In this document: in pieces, positions 1-8,501 of the stretch
Layout of the letters: the number at the start of each line of letters is the position of its first letter
How positions within the stretch are numbered: position 1 is the stretch's first letter
Origin: Candidatus Zixiibacteriota bacterium
GTDB lineage: Bacteria; Zixibacteria; MSB-5A5; GN15; FEB-12
Reading direction: 5' to 3'
Length of the DNA stretch: 33,228 nt
NCBI GenBank assembly: GCA_034659415.1
Contig: JAYEHE010000291.1
Location: 1 to 33,228 of the forward strand
The notes under the pieces: model-generated
Seen by the model: the letters and a program-made list of their open reading frames with translations, nothing else
What the model was told of the DNA's origin: nothing
Database searches by the model: none
Program-made: the position numbers and the translations under genes

Positions 1-3000
1 TCAGAGTTCCCGTTCCACCTGAGGCAGTAAGTTGAACTTCGTACTGCACTTCATTGGTGCCTTCTAACAATGAATCGGTTGTTATGGTGACAGCAGGGTT
101 GATGTTTATTATCAGAGCTTTTTCGTTCGTGGAATTAACGACATCGCTTACTTTCGCAGTAAAATTAATTGGTCCTGAAACAATAGCAGTACCGGTCAAG
201 TTCCCATTTGGAGCAAGAGAAAGACCAGCATCGCCTAATTCACCATATTTGTCAGACCATATCAACGAACCACTACCACCGGTTGCAGTCAACTGAGCAG
301 TATAAGATATACCTGCTGTCCACTCAGGAAGAGAAGTAGTTGCTATTTCCACTGCAGAATTTATTGAAAAGGAGTAAATTTGTTCGGCAGTGCTGTCCAT
401 TTCGTCTGTAACTTCGGCTGTGAACGTAATCAACCCACTATTCAATGGTGTTCCGGAAACAAGGCCACTGGAACTTATAGATAAGCCAGTTCCTAATAAT
501 TCGTTATTTTTATCTATCCATGTGATAGTACCTATTCCACCGTTTGATTCCAACTGTTCGGAATAGGAAATACCAGCTGTCCAACCAGGAAGGGAAGTCG
601 TGATAATTTCCAATTCGCTGCCATAGTCGCAAGAGTAAACAGTTATTTGAAAATCATCTAATGCCGCTTCAACTACAGAGCCTGAACCCAGATCAGAGGC
701 ATCAAATCTCATTTTCATTTGTGCTGTTTGTGTAACGTAATCTGTTACATAAAAAGAGTGTTCGTACCACCCTCCGTTAGCTTGATTGATAGGTCCTACT
801 GTTTCTACCAGTGTCCATGATAAACCGTCGTTATTAGATATAAATATATTCATTTCATCATTATTCGGATCAGCTCCATAGTTGTTAGAGTACCAACGAG
901 CGTAATGAATCAAGGCATCATCGACTGAAGAGAGGTCTATAGTAGGTGAAGTTAGAGTAGTAGTCCCGCCATCAACGTCAGAGTCATCATCAGCACTGTC
1001 TGTCAGATAGCAAAAGCTGGAGCCATCAAAATCATTAGGAGGATCTCCTCTATCTCCGCCGCCCATTGGAACTCCACGATTCCAATCTCCAGCTGTTACG
1101 CTTCCGCTTACCGTCCAACCTTTGTCGGTTTCGAAATGATCTTCAAAGACATTGTTTATACCGCTTGTAACCATTATCGACCATGGTGATGATGGCTCAG
1201 GGTCATACATAGTTCCGTTTACAGCTTCATCAACACTTACATAAAACAAAAGTTCGTCATTACATGAAACGGCTGGAAGTGTTGCTTCATATTCGTTAAT
1301 TCCAACCAGAAACATATCTTCAGTTTGAACTAATCCACCGTTGATGGTATAATGCAACTTGCCTGAACCAGGTACCGGTACACCGCTACCGACACTGGTA
1401 ACCACAACTGTAAATGATTTAGTCTCGAGTGGGGATATAGTTTCAGGGATACCCTCAGGATAGCTGAAAGCAAGGTCACGAGCTTGCCTTATGGATATTG
1501 TCGGGTCGCCAAAAAGGTTAATTTCATAGTAGCACCATCGCATACAACTTTCATTTACACGATAGAGGTTATCTTCTTTGGAATCATGATTAGCTCTGCC
1601 TATCGAAGCATTACCTTCACTTGGATTAAATATAGCATCCCAGAACTCGCGATTGAATCTCTGGTTGGGACCGTCAGTAGTGTATCCCGAACCCCATCCA
1701 TATCGTGCGTTCATTATAACAGCAAAAGCTCCAGCGTCGGTTTTTATATTCATATATTCAGCCCAGCAGTCGGTGCCGTCGAAATGTCCCGCTAAACATG
1801 TTTGGGAATAAACTAAACAATGATTAGCATTATTTAGCTGATTTAGAATATCATTATCGTATAACTTCATCGCATAGTTTGGACTGCCATGTCCTAAGTG
1901 ATTAATAACGTGAAGGTCGTTATTTATATAATTGGTAAGGTCTGATTGAGGCCATGTGTAATCTTGTTCATATAAATCATCCACAGTATAGATATCAGAG
2001 GGAATGCCAATAGTTGTGTAACCGTCGGCAGTAGAACCATCCACATTCTGTTCCATCATTGGCTTGGCATAGTCTGATAATCCACCAAACCCGAGATATT
2101 CACCAACCATAAGAATATTATTAAGATAAGCATCATTTGATGTTAGGTACTGAATTGTCTTGTTCACAAATCGGTCAACTTCCTCAGTATTTCCTGCGGC
2201 GGCACGACCAATATATATTTCAGCTATTAGATCAACATCAGCACCGCCTTCACCGTCGTAAGGTTCGCCCCAATAGGAGTCGCCATCATAGTTATAGGTG
2301 CCATCTAAACAAGCGAAGTAAATATCTGACGGCATCTCGTATTCTATTTCAGCTTCAGAACCATCCCAAGATCTGACATACAAATTTTTTGCCGGTATAA
2401 TGTCATCATCGGCTCCAATAATTACGTATTGGATACCATTAGCGAGGTATTGGTTTCTTATGTAATCACGAACATCATCGGGGTCAGTAGAACCGATATC
2501 AGTAGTAGTATGAATCTCTGTTATAATTCCAGTTGTATCATGAAAATCCTTGAGGGGTTGAAAAGATGGCATCAGTGTTGCAGTAGTGATTATCAGTAAA
2601 TCATAATCTCCGGCTTGAGAGTTTTTAGTAGTGTTAATTAATTCAGCAACTTCTGGATTGTCAACCATGTCAAGTATTTGTGCGTAATCGTCGTTTAATC
2701 CGCGGAATAGTGATTCCTCTTGGTTTGCATCGACAGTATTTACAGTGAAAGAAAGTTTTGGATAATAATACAATTCTCCTGTTGAAGGTACATATTCAAC
2801 AGGGTTCAGTTTTAGAATCAAAATCTGATATCCTCGGAATTGCTGAATGCCGATATTCTGAAATCTTTTTTCAGGAAAGGGTTGGGCTGACTGATAGATT
2901 GTCGGGTCAAGTGTAAGTGCAGGGGCAGAGCCTGGGGGAGATGATAATTTAACTGGTCTTGTCACAGGTTCAATGAAATAGCCGTCACCCAAAAAGATTT

Positions 3001-3304
3001 TTTCACCATACTCAACATCGATATTCTCAACTTTGGTGCCAAGCGGCAGGAGAATATGAGCACCATCGGTCGGAAGTGCCGGTTGGCCGATATTTCCACC
3101 TCTCGGTGCATTGTATATAAATACACGATCGTAAGATTCTCCGTCTATTGTAATAGACTCAATCTCCGGTCGGTCAAAACTGTATTCAACTACCAGTTGC
3201 TCTGCAGTAACAGTTGTTGTAGTAAACATGATAAATAGTAACGCTATTAGGATAAGACTTACTATATTAGCTGTCTTATGTTTTTTTTGACACTCTGGTT
3301 TCAT
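1..3304 (-). CDS. Peptidase C25 (gingipain-like) family multidomain secreted cysteine protease; 3'-partial, C-terminus lies beyond the window start
   Basis: Absent from the ORF track because it has no stop codon in the window. My own minus-strand translation from ATG (3304..3302) stays open to position 1. The N-terminus MKPECQKKHKTANIVSLILIALLFIMFTTTTVTA looks like a signal peptide or anchor. Catalytic-type motifs VINHLGHGSPNY (His) and CLVYSQTCLAGHFDG (Cys) resemble the gingipain GHGS / C-x-x-G-x-F dyad. A MAM-like beta-sandwich follows (GDWNRGVP ... LDDFQITVYSCD). After that come at least three Ig-like modules of about 85 aa (TTSLPGWTAGISYSEQLESNGGIGTITW; TTSLPEWTAGISYTAQLTATGGSGSLIW; VQYEVQLTASGGTGTL...), encoded in roughly 1..617. 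Confidence 0.85.
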   Translation of the reverse strand, partial: MKPECQKKHKTANIVSLILIALLFIMFTTTTVTAEQLVVEYSFDRPEIESITIDGESYDRVFIYNAPRGGNIGQPALPTDGAHILLPLGTKVENIDVEYGEKIFLGDGYFIEPVTRPVKLSSPPGSAPALTLDPTIYQSAQPFPEKRFQNIGIQQFRGYQILILKLNPVEYVPSTGELYYYPKLSFTVNTVDANQEESLFRGLNDDYAQILDMVDNPEVAELINTTKNSQAGDYDLLIITTATLMPSFQPLKDFHDTTGIITEIHTTTDIGSTDPDDVRDYIRNQYLANGIQYVIIGADDDIIPAKNLYVRSWDGSEAEIEYEMPSDIYFACLDGTYNYDGDSYWGEPYDGEGGADVDLIAEIYIGRAAAGNTEEVDRFVNKTIQYLTSNDAYLNNILMVGEYLGFGGLSDYAKPMMEQNVDGSTADGYTTIGIPSDIYTVDDLYEQDYTWPQSDLTNYINNDLHVINHLGHGSPNYAMKLYDNDILNQLNNANHCLVYSQTCLAGHFDGTDCWAEYMNIKTDAGAFAVIMNARYGWGSGYTTDGPNQRFNREFWDAIFNPSEGNASIGRANHDSKEDNLYRVNESCMRWCYYEINLFGDPTISIRQARDLAFSYPEGIPETISPLETKSFTVVVTSVGSGVPVPGSGKLHYTINGGLVQTEDMFLVGINEYEATLPAVSCNDELLFYVSVDEAVNGTMYDPEPSSPWSIMVTSGINNVFEDHFETDKGWTVSGSVTAGDWNRGVPMGGGDRGDPPNDFDGSSFCYLTDSADDDSDVDGGTTTLTSPTIDLSSVDDALIHYARWYSNNYGADPNNDEMNIFISNNDGLSWTLVETVGPINQANGGWYEHSFYVTDYVTQTAQMKMRFDASDLGSGSVVEAALDDFQITVYSCDYGSELEIITTSLPGWTAGISYSEQLESNGGIGTITWIDKNNELLGTGLSISSSGLVSGTPLNSGLITFTAEVTDEMDSTAEQIYSFSINSAVEIATTSLPEWTAGISYTAQLTATGGSGSLIWSDKYGELGDAGLSLAPNGNLTGTAIVSGPINFTAKVSDVVNSTNEKALIININPAVTITTDSLLEGTNEVQYEVQLTASGGTGTL

Positions 3305-3530
3305 ACTTTCTCCTAAATTCTAAATAAATATTATCGGAATATTGACCAAGACTTATCATATAGATGTTTACAAATCGAGGTTGATGTTATTATTAACCTT
3401 ATAATATGAAAAATTGCGAAAATAGCAAGTAATTTCTGCGTTTATCTCTGTGTCGATTTTGAAATTTTACAGTACTTAGGGTTTGCTTCGGTGGTTTGTT
3501 TTTTGAATATAATAGCTATGCAGTAATTAT

Positions 3531-3562
3531 AATAAAAAAGTCGGGAGTTTTAAATTCCCGAC
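3531..3562 (-). terminator. Rho-independent terminator downstream of the minus-strand lipoprotein gene
   Basis: Stem gtcggga (3540..3546) pairs with tcccgac (3556..3562) around a 9-nt loop. On the minus strand the hairpin is followed by TTTTTTATT (complement of 3531..3539). Confidence 0.6.
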
Positions 3563-3606
3563 TTTCTTTAAGTTATAAAAAATTAAAATTTAATATTATT
3601 GATGAA

Positions 3607-4518
3607 TTAATTTACTTTAGCCCAAGTTAGTACTACATCAAATTCAGTCATAACCCCTTCCACTTCCATTTCTATTGTAGCTGATACCGTTAAAGTATTT
3701 CCACTAATTGACCAAGTTCCATCAACAACAACATAAGGTGTAACTGCAATTCCATCTTCAGATGTTGTAGTAACAATTATATGTGAACCGGTTACTGTAA
3801 TTGTTCCGCTCTCGTAATAAAGTGTTGAGTCTGATGCATCAAACTCATTTACGTCATATGTGAAATCATCATTAAAAGTGATATGTGTACCAACTGCTCC
3901 TTCTGACCATTCAAAGAATTCTGCTACATCCATATTTACACCATCAACAGTAACTGCTGATTGTGTCCAGGTATCAAATAATTCAATAGTAGTTGAATCA
4001 GTATCATCATTAGTGGTAACTATTCCTTTAGTAAAAGTTAGTACTATATCAGATTCTACTATTACTCCCTCTTCTTCATGCTCCATCGTGGCTGATACGG
4101 TTAATATGTCTCCACTAATTGACCAAGTTCCATCAACAACATCATGAGGCGTAACTGCAGTTCCCTCTTCAGATGTTGTAGTAACAATTATATGTGAACC
4201 GGTTACTGTGATTGTTCCGTTCTCATAATAAGTTGTTTCGTCTGATGCATCAAACTCATTTACGACATATGTGAAATCATCATTAAAAGTGATATGTGTA
4301 CCAACTGCTCCTTCTGACCATTCAAAGAATTCTGCTACATCCATTTCTACACCATCAACAGTAACTGCTGATTGTGCCCAGGTTCCAAATAGTTCCATAG
4401 TATTTGGATCTGTATTATCATTAGTAATAGCATCATCGTCATCGTCACAACCAACTACCAGAAAAAGCATTAGTGTGAGCAAAAGAATTGAAAAAAGTTT
4501 AGTCCATTTTGTGTTCAT
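3607..4518 (-). CDS. Lipoprotein made of two tandem ~137-aa beta-rich (lipocalin-like?) modules
   Basis: 303-aa ORF. Signal peptide with lipobox LFLVVGC followed by DDDDD. The two halves are near-identical (ELFGTWAQSAVTVDGVEMDVAEFFEWSEGAVGTHITFNDDFTY... versus ELFDTWTQSAVTVDGVNMDVAEFFEWSEGAVGTHITFNDDFTY...). The fold assignment is only a guess. Confidence 0.8.
   Translation of the reverse strand: MNTKWTKLFSILLLTLMLFLVVGCDDDDDAITNDNTDPNTMELFGTWAQSAVTVDGVEMDVAEFFEWSEGAVGTHITFNDDFTYVVNEFDASDETTYYENGTITVTGSHIIVTTTSEEGTAVTPHDVVDGTWSISGDILTVSATMEHEEEGVIVESDIVLTFTKGIVTTNDDTDSTTIELFDTWTQSAVTVDGVNMDVAEFFEWSEGAVGTHITFNDDFTYDVNEFDASDSTLYYESGTITVTGSHIIVTTTSEDGIAVTPYVVVDGTWSISGNTLTVSATIEMEVEGVMTEFDVVLTWAKVN
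3610..4431 (-). repeat. In-frame tandem direct duplication, period 411 bp (2 x 137 codons), inside the lipoprotein gene
   Basis: Long stretches are identical at offset 411. For example, 3860.. and 4271.. both read atgtgaaatcatcattaaaagtgatatgtgtaccaactgctccttctgaccattcaaagaattctgctacatcca. The duplication also produces the twin antisense artefact ORFs 3860..4147 and 4271..4561. Confidence 0.9.
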
Positions 4519-4727
4519 TTTTGTCCTCCAATTTTTTGTTTTTTCATTTAGTGTTTATTAACACTTAGTTTTAGTTCATATATCGGTCAATTCAGAGAAT
4601 TATCAACATAAAAATATAATATTAGAGTTTTTTTTAGGGAAAAGGTAAATTGCGTTAAATTAAATAAACAAAGACCAGTATTAGAAATTGATTGATAATA
4701 TTTAGAAAATTTAAAATATTTAACATT

Positions 4728-5036
4728 ATGCCAACCGAATTTACACAAAGAGTTCTCAATATTATCAAAAGTATTCCTCGTGGCAAAGTTATGACTTATG
4801 GTTTGGTGGCTAAAGCAGCAGGTTCACCAAGAGCGTCACGGCAGGTAGTTAGGATTTTGCATTCATTGTCCCAAAAAGAAAAACTTCCATGGCATAGAAT
4901 AGTAAACAGCAAAGGGAAAATTGCTTTAAAAAGCAAAAAAGGATATGAAATCCAGAAAACACTGCTTTTAAAAGAGAAAATCAAGTTTGATTTATCAGAT
5001 AAGATTGATTTAGATAAATATCAGTATATTCCTTAA
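4728..5036 (+). CDS. MGMT-family DNA-binding protein, alkyltransferase-like (ATL) type lacking the acceptor cysteine
   Basis: MPTEFTQRVLNIIKSIPRGKVMTYGLVAKAAGSPRASRQVVRIL...LPWHRIVNSKG. The MGMT PCHR active-site motif reads PWHR here. The track ORF starts at TTG 4692, but ATG 4728 gives the typical family N-terminus. Confidence 0.78.
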   Translation: MPTEFTQRVLNIIKSIPRGKVMTYGLVAKAAGSPRASRQVVRILHSLSQKEKLPWHRIVNSKGKIALKSKKGYEIQKTLLLKEKIKFDLSDKIDLDKYQYIP

Positions 5037-5130
5037 ACATATATCAATCTGTAAGTTTCAATATGTCAACGTATTAGTATGTCATTGAGGAACTTTTACT
5101 ATCTGTTATTGTTTAGTATAAACTAATCTA

Positions 5131-5448
5131 ATGATTGACGATAAGTATAAGGAATCGTATTATATATCAAAATATAAGGAGGTTATCTTGCAAGGCAGTT
5201 TGATTTTAGAAAAATTGAAAGATCCAAATTTAAGACATGAATGGCAACAATATTTGTCGAAATTAAATAAAGAATTAAAAAATTTATCACAGGTACATTT
5301 AACTAATTCTGATGATTTCAATGAGATAGAATATCTTCAGTTAGTGTTAGATTATATCGAGGCTCGCGACAATGAACGGGTATTCTTCTGGGATAATTTT
5401 GTGAGAAAAGGAACCGAGGATAAAGCTATGGGAACAACGCAGAAATAG
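5131..5448 (+). CDS. Hypothetical protein (105 aa)
   Basis: Open frame in a gene-dense region, 17 nt upstream of the GAF-PP2C gene. No recognisable motif and no clear RBS. Confidence 0.45.
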   Translation: MIDDKYKESYYISKYKEVILQGSLILEKLKDPNLRHEWQQYLSKLNKELKNLSQVHLTNSDDFNEIEYLQLVLDYIEARDNERVFFWDNFVRKGTEDKAMGTTQK

Positions 5449-5465
5449 ATTTATTCTAAAAATAA

Positions 5466-7214
5466 ATGAACTATACATCAAACCATACTAAAAAAGAAAA
5501 GCTTCTTTTAGAAGCCGCACGGATTTTTAATTCAACTATTGAATATGAAGATTTAATTTATGAAATTTTGAAGCTGGTAATGACTGCTGTTAATTGTGAG
5601 GCGGCAGTTGTTTTCAGAGTGGATCATGACCGGACTAATATGCGTATGCGAATTATGAATCATACTGATTCCGAGATGAAAATATTTGAAAGGGAACTGG
5701 GGCAAGGCGTTGTCGGTTGGGTGGCACGATATAAAGAACCTGTTGTTGTCAATGATGTTTTAAATGACGATAGAATTGACCATGAGTTAGGACGGCAAGC
5801 CGGAGTTGAAATTCATTCAATTTTAACAGTTCCGTTAATTGGCAGGGGTCAGATGATTGGTGTTGTTGAAGCTATCAATAAAACAACTGGTGATTTTATA
5901 AGTGAAGACGTAGATGTATTAATTGGCCTTTCGAATCAGATTGCGGTGGCAATTGACAATGCAAATTTATATAGACAACTTAAACAACAAATTTTTGAAA
6001 AAGATGTATTATATGAAATAGGTAAAGAGCTTTCTGGAAGTTTAACTCTTGATGAAGTATTGGAAAAAATAATTAATTCTTTACATCAAGTAATAAATTT
6101 AGATGCCGCCGGGGTCTTTGTTATTGATGCGAATTCTGAAGAAGTAGATGCTATATATTCTATTGGATACGGTCCTGAACCTGAAGTTGACTTACATACG
6201 AAAATGGGGCAGGGTCTGGTTGGGTATGCCGCTAAACTCGGCGAGCCTATTATAGTTTCCGATGTGTCCAAAGATGATCGTTATATCAAAAGTCGATCTG
6301 CATCTAAAAGTGAATTGGTTGTACCTATTAATGTTGATAACAGGATAGTAGGTGTTTTAAATCTCGAATCAAACGAATTAGATGCTTATAATCAAAAAGA
6401 TGTAGATTTGGTCACTACTTTTGCATCTCACGCAGGCATCAGTATTGAAAGGGCACGACTACACCAAAAATTAATGAGTAGTCGGCAATTGGAACAACAG
6501 TTGAAAATTGCTCGTGATATTCAAAGCAGTTTCCTTCCAAGAGATAATCCTCACCTTGACGGGTATGATATTTGCGGAATCAATAAATCTTCTGAGGAAG
6601 TAGGGGGTGATTATTATGATTTCATTAAAATTATCGACAGTCAGACAGGCATTGCAATAGGCGATGTGTCTGGTAAAGGGATACCGGCTTCGCTTATAAT
6701 GGCATCTTTTCGTGCTTCGCTCATTGCGGAAATTAGAAATAATTATTCTATCAGAACAATCTGTCAAAAAGTAAATGATCTGCTTTGTGAATCTATAACT
6801 ATTGGAAATTTTGTTACTGCCGTTTACGGTGTGTTGGATTCGAAAAATCATATTTTTACATTCTCTAACTGTGGACATAATCTTCCAGTGTTAGTCAGAG
6901 CTAATGGGGAAGTTGAGTACCTTAAAGAAGGTGGACAGGTGTTAGGAGTAACCACTAGTATTGAATTTGAGGAAAGACCTTTGTTTATAGGAAAAGGCGA
7001 TATCTTCCTTTTTTATACCGACGGCGTTTCTGAAGTATTCGATGAAGAAGAAAATGAATTTGGTTTGGAGAGGCTGATTGATATTGTCAAAAAAAATCAA
7101 ACTAAATCAGCTGAAAATATAAAAGAGGTAATTTATAATCAGGTAAGAGATTTTGCTTCCAAAGACCATTCCTTTGATGATTTTACTATGATTATTATTA
7201 AAAGGGAAAAATGA
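5466..7214 (+). CDS. GAF-GAF-PP2C (SpoIIE/RsbU-type) serine phosphatase
   Basis: 582 aa. Two GAF-like segments (GQGVVGWVARYKEPVVVNDVLNDDR; GQGLVGYAAKLGEPIIVSDVSKDDRY). C-terminal PP2C/SpoIIE motifs are ARDIQSSFLP, GGDYYDF, GDVSGKGIPASLIMA, FYTDGVSE and DDFTMIIIK. Confidence 0.88.
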   Translation: MNYTSNHTKKEKLLLEAARIFNSTIEYEDLIYEILKLVMTAVNCEAAVVFRVDHDRTNMRMRIMNHTDSEMKIFERELGQGVVGWVARYKEPVVVNDVLNDDRIDHELGRQAGVEIHSILTVPLIGRGQMIGVVEAINKTTGDFISEDVDVLIGLSNQIAVAIDNANLYRQLKQQIFEKDVLYEIGKELSGSLTLDEVLEKIINSLHQVINLDAAGVFVIDANSEEVDAIYSIGYGPEPEVDLHTKMGQGLVGYAAKLGEPIIVSDVSKDDRYIKSRSASKSELVVPINVDNRIVGVLNLESNELDAYNQKDVDLVTTFASHAGISIERARLHQKLMSSRQLEQQLKIARDIQSSFLPRDNPHLDGYDICGINKSSEEVGGDYYDFIKIIDSQTGIAIGDVSGKGIPASLIMASFRASLIAEIRNNYSIRTICQKVNDLLCESITIGNFVTAVYGVLDSKNHIFTFSNCGHNLPVLVRANGEVEYLKEGGQVLGVTTSIEFEERPLFIGKGDIFLFYTDGVSEVFDEEENEFGLERLIDIVKKNQTKSAENIKEVIYNQVRDFASKDHSFDDFTMIIIKREK

Positions 7215-7309
7215 ATATAGTTTTTTATCTTAAAAAATATCACTTTTTTCATTATTGAATTGTATTATCTTATATAAGTAATAAAAAGATGTAATTTCAG
7301 GAGAATTTT

Positions 7310-8368
7310 ATGAAAAAGTTTTTACCACTATTATTGATTTTTGTAATGATTGTATGGTTGGGTTGCGGTGACGATGGACCTACAGATCCAGTGATTGAGC
7401 CTGATTTAAGAATTAGCGTCAATACAACCGCAGGTGATCCGGGTATGACCAGTGTTAATTCAGCTGTTTGGAACAATGTTGATACGATGCGAGTCGAAGT
7501 TTTCAGATCAGGTTTAAACAGTCTGCTTCCGGCAAAATTATCTGTTGTTGCAGCATCTGCTTTAGTACAGGTTCTGGTAAATAACGATGATTTGTTTCTC
7601 CGTATTCAATGGGAAGATACCAGTTTCAATGCCTGGCGTGAACATTATTATGTATCAGATGATACTTCCGGATTCGTTCAAATAGATAGAAAAGCTGTAG
7701 TGGAACAAGCGGAAGACCAATTATACATCCTTTTTAAAAATCCTGACACAAATTCCACAATTTGGGATGCCTGGAATTGGCGTGTCTTAACAACCGGAGC
7801 GGGTGGCTTTGCCGAAGGATTCAACTATAGTTCAATCGATTCATTGTCTCTTGATTCTGCTGGGACCAAAGTCGTAAAAATCGGCTGGGAGAATCCTTCT
7901 CGTTCAGGTGAGCCAACTTATGTTCATCAAGACACCTCAGAATTTAATGGTTATATTTTATATCTTGATGAAAAACTTAACCGTGGTGAACCAGTAGGCG
8001 TTCTATCAATTGATAATTTTACAGATCCAAATAATCCTGATACAACTTGGTATGATTGGCCAAGAACTAAAGGATGGACACTTAACCAAAAGATTCCCGG
8101 TTGGATGATTGATGGTGATGCAAAAGATCTATCCGAGGCACAATTAGGTAGCCGCTGGGATATTAGAGCAATAGATGAATATGATGAAACGAATGATATT
8201 TATACTGTTGTTTTGAAAAGAAAATTAAATACCGGTTATGATGATGATTTTAATATGGCAATAGCTGATTCAATTAAAACAAAAATTGTCATATTAAATA
8301 ATAAAGTGGAATTATACGAAGGGGACACTTGGCGCGGAGTTAGTGAAAATCTCTGGTTAATTTTCTAA
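7310..8368 (+). CDS. Lipoprotein, possibly with a DOMON / ethylbenzene-dehydrogenase-like (EB_dh) domain
   Basis: RBS caggag precedes the ATG. Signal peptide with lipobox VWLGCGDD. The pattern LFLRIQWEDTSFNAW ... DQLYILF ... WDAWNWRVLTTGAGGFAEG resembles the EB_dh/DOMON signature. That domain call is from memory only. Confidence 0.7.
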   Translation: MKKFLPLLLIFVMIVWLGCGDDGPTDPVIEPDLRISVNTTAGDPGMTSVNSAVWNNVDTMRVEVFRSGLNSLLPAKLSVVAASALVQVLVNNDDLFLRIQWEDTSFNAWREHYYVSDDTSGFVQIDRKAVVEQAEDQLYILFKNPDTNSTIWDAWNWRVLTTGAGGFAEGFNYSSIDSLSLDSAGTKVVKIGWENPSRSGEPTYVHQDTSEFNGYILYLDEKLNRGEPVGVLSIDNFTDPNNPDTTWYDWPRTKGWTLNQKIPGWMIDGDAKDLSEAQLGSRWDIRAIDEYDETNDIYTVVLKRKLNTGYDDDFNMAIADSIKTKIVILNNKVELYEGDTWRGVSENLWLIF

Positions 8369-8390
8369 TATTTAACACATTTGATAAATT

Positions 8391-8424
8391 AAAAAAAGCC
8401 GGCTCATCAGCCGGTTTTTTTTAT
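8391..8424 (+). terminator. Rho-independent terminator (bidirectional-looking)
   Basis: aaaaaaagCCGGCTcatcAGCCGGtttttttt: a 6-bp GC-rich stem with a 4-nt loop, an A-run upstream and a T-run downstream. Confidence 0.7.
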
Positions 8425-8501
8425 GCCAATAAATTTAAAAGGTTGTTAAAATTTCTATGATTTTGTAACTTAAAGAAAATACAATTTTTTAGGAGGCTAT
8501 C

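Noticed and set aside
54-3238. Plus-strand ORFs 54..296, 1484..1795, 2137..2376 and 3056..3238
   Set aside because: All lie antisense to the continuous minus-strand C25 protease frame. They have low-complexity, implausible sequences and are shadow ORFs.
3281-3288. A8 homopolymer near the 5' end of the C25 protease gene as a phase-variation switch
   Set aside because: Runs of 7-9 A/T are frequent throughout this AT-rich window, for example in intergenic regions and in the rnr tail. A single 8-mer is therefore not significant without population data.
3860-4561. Twin + strand ORFs 3860..4147 and 4271..4561 with near-identical N-termini
   Set aside because: They are antisense images of the 411-bp tandem duplication inside the minus-strand lipoprotein gene, not an independent gene pair.
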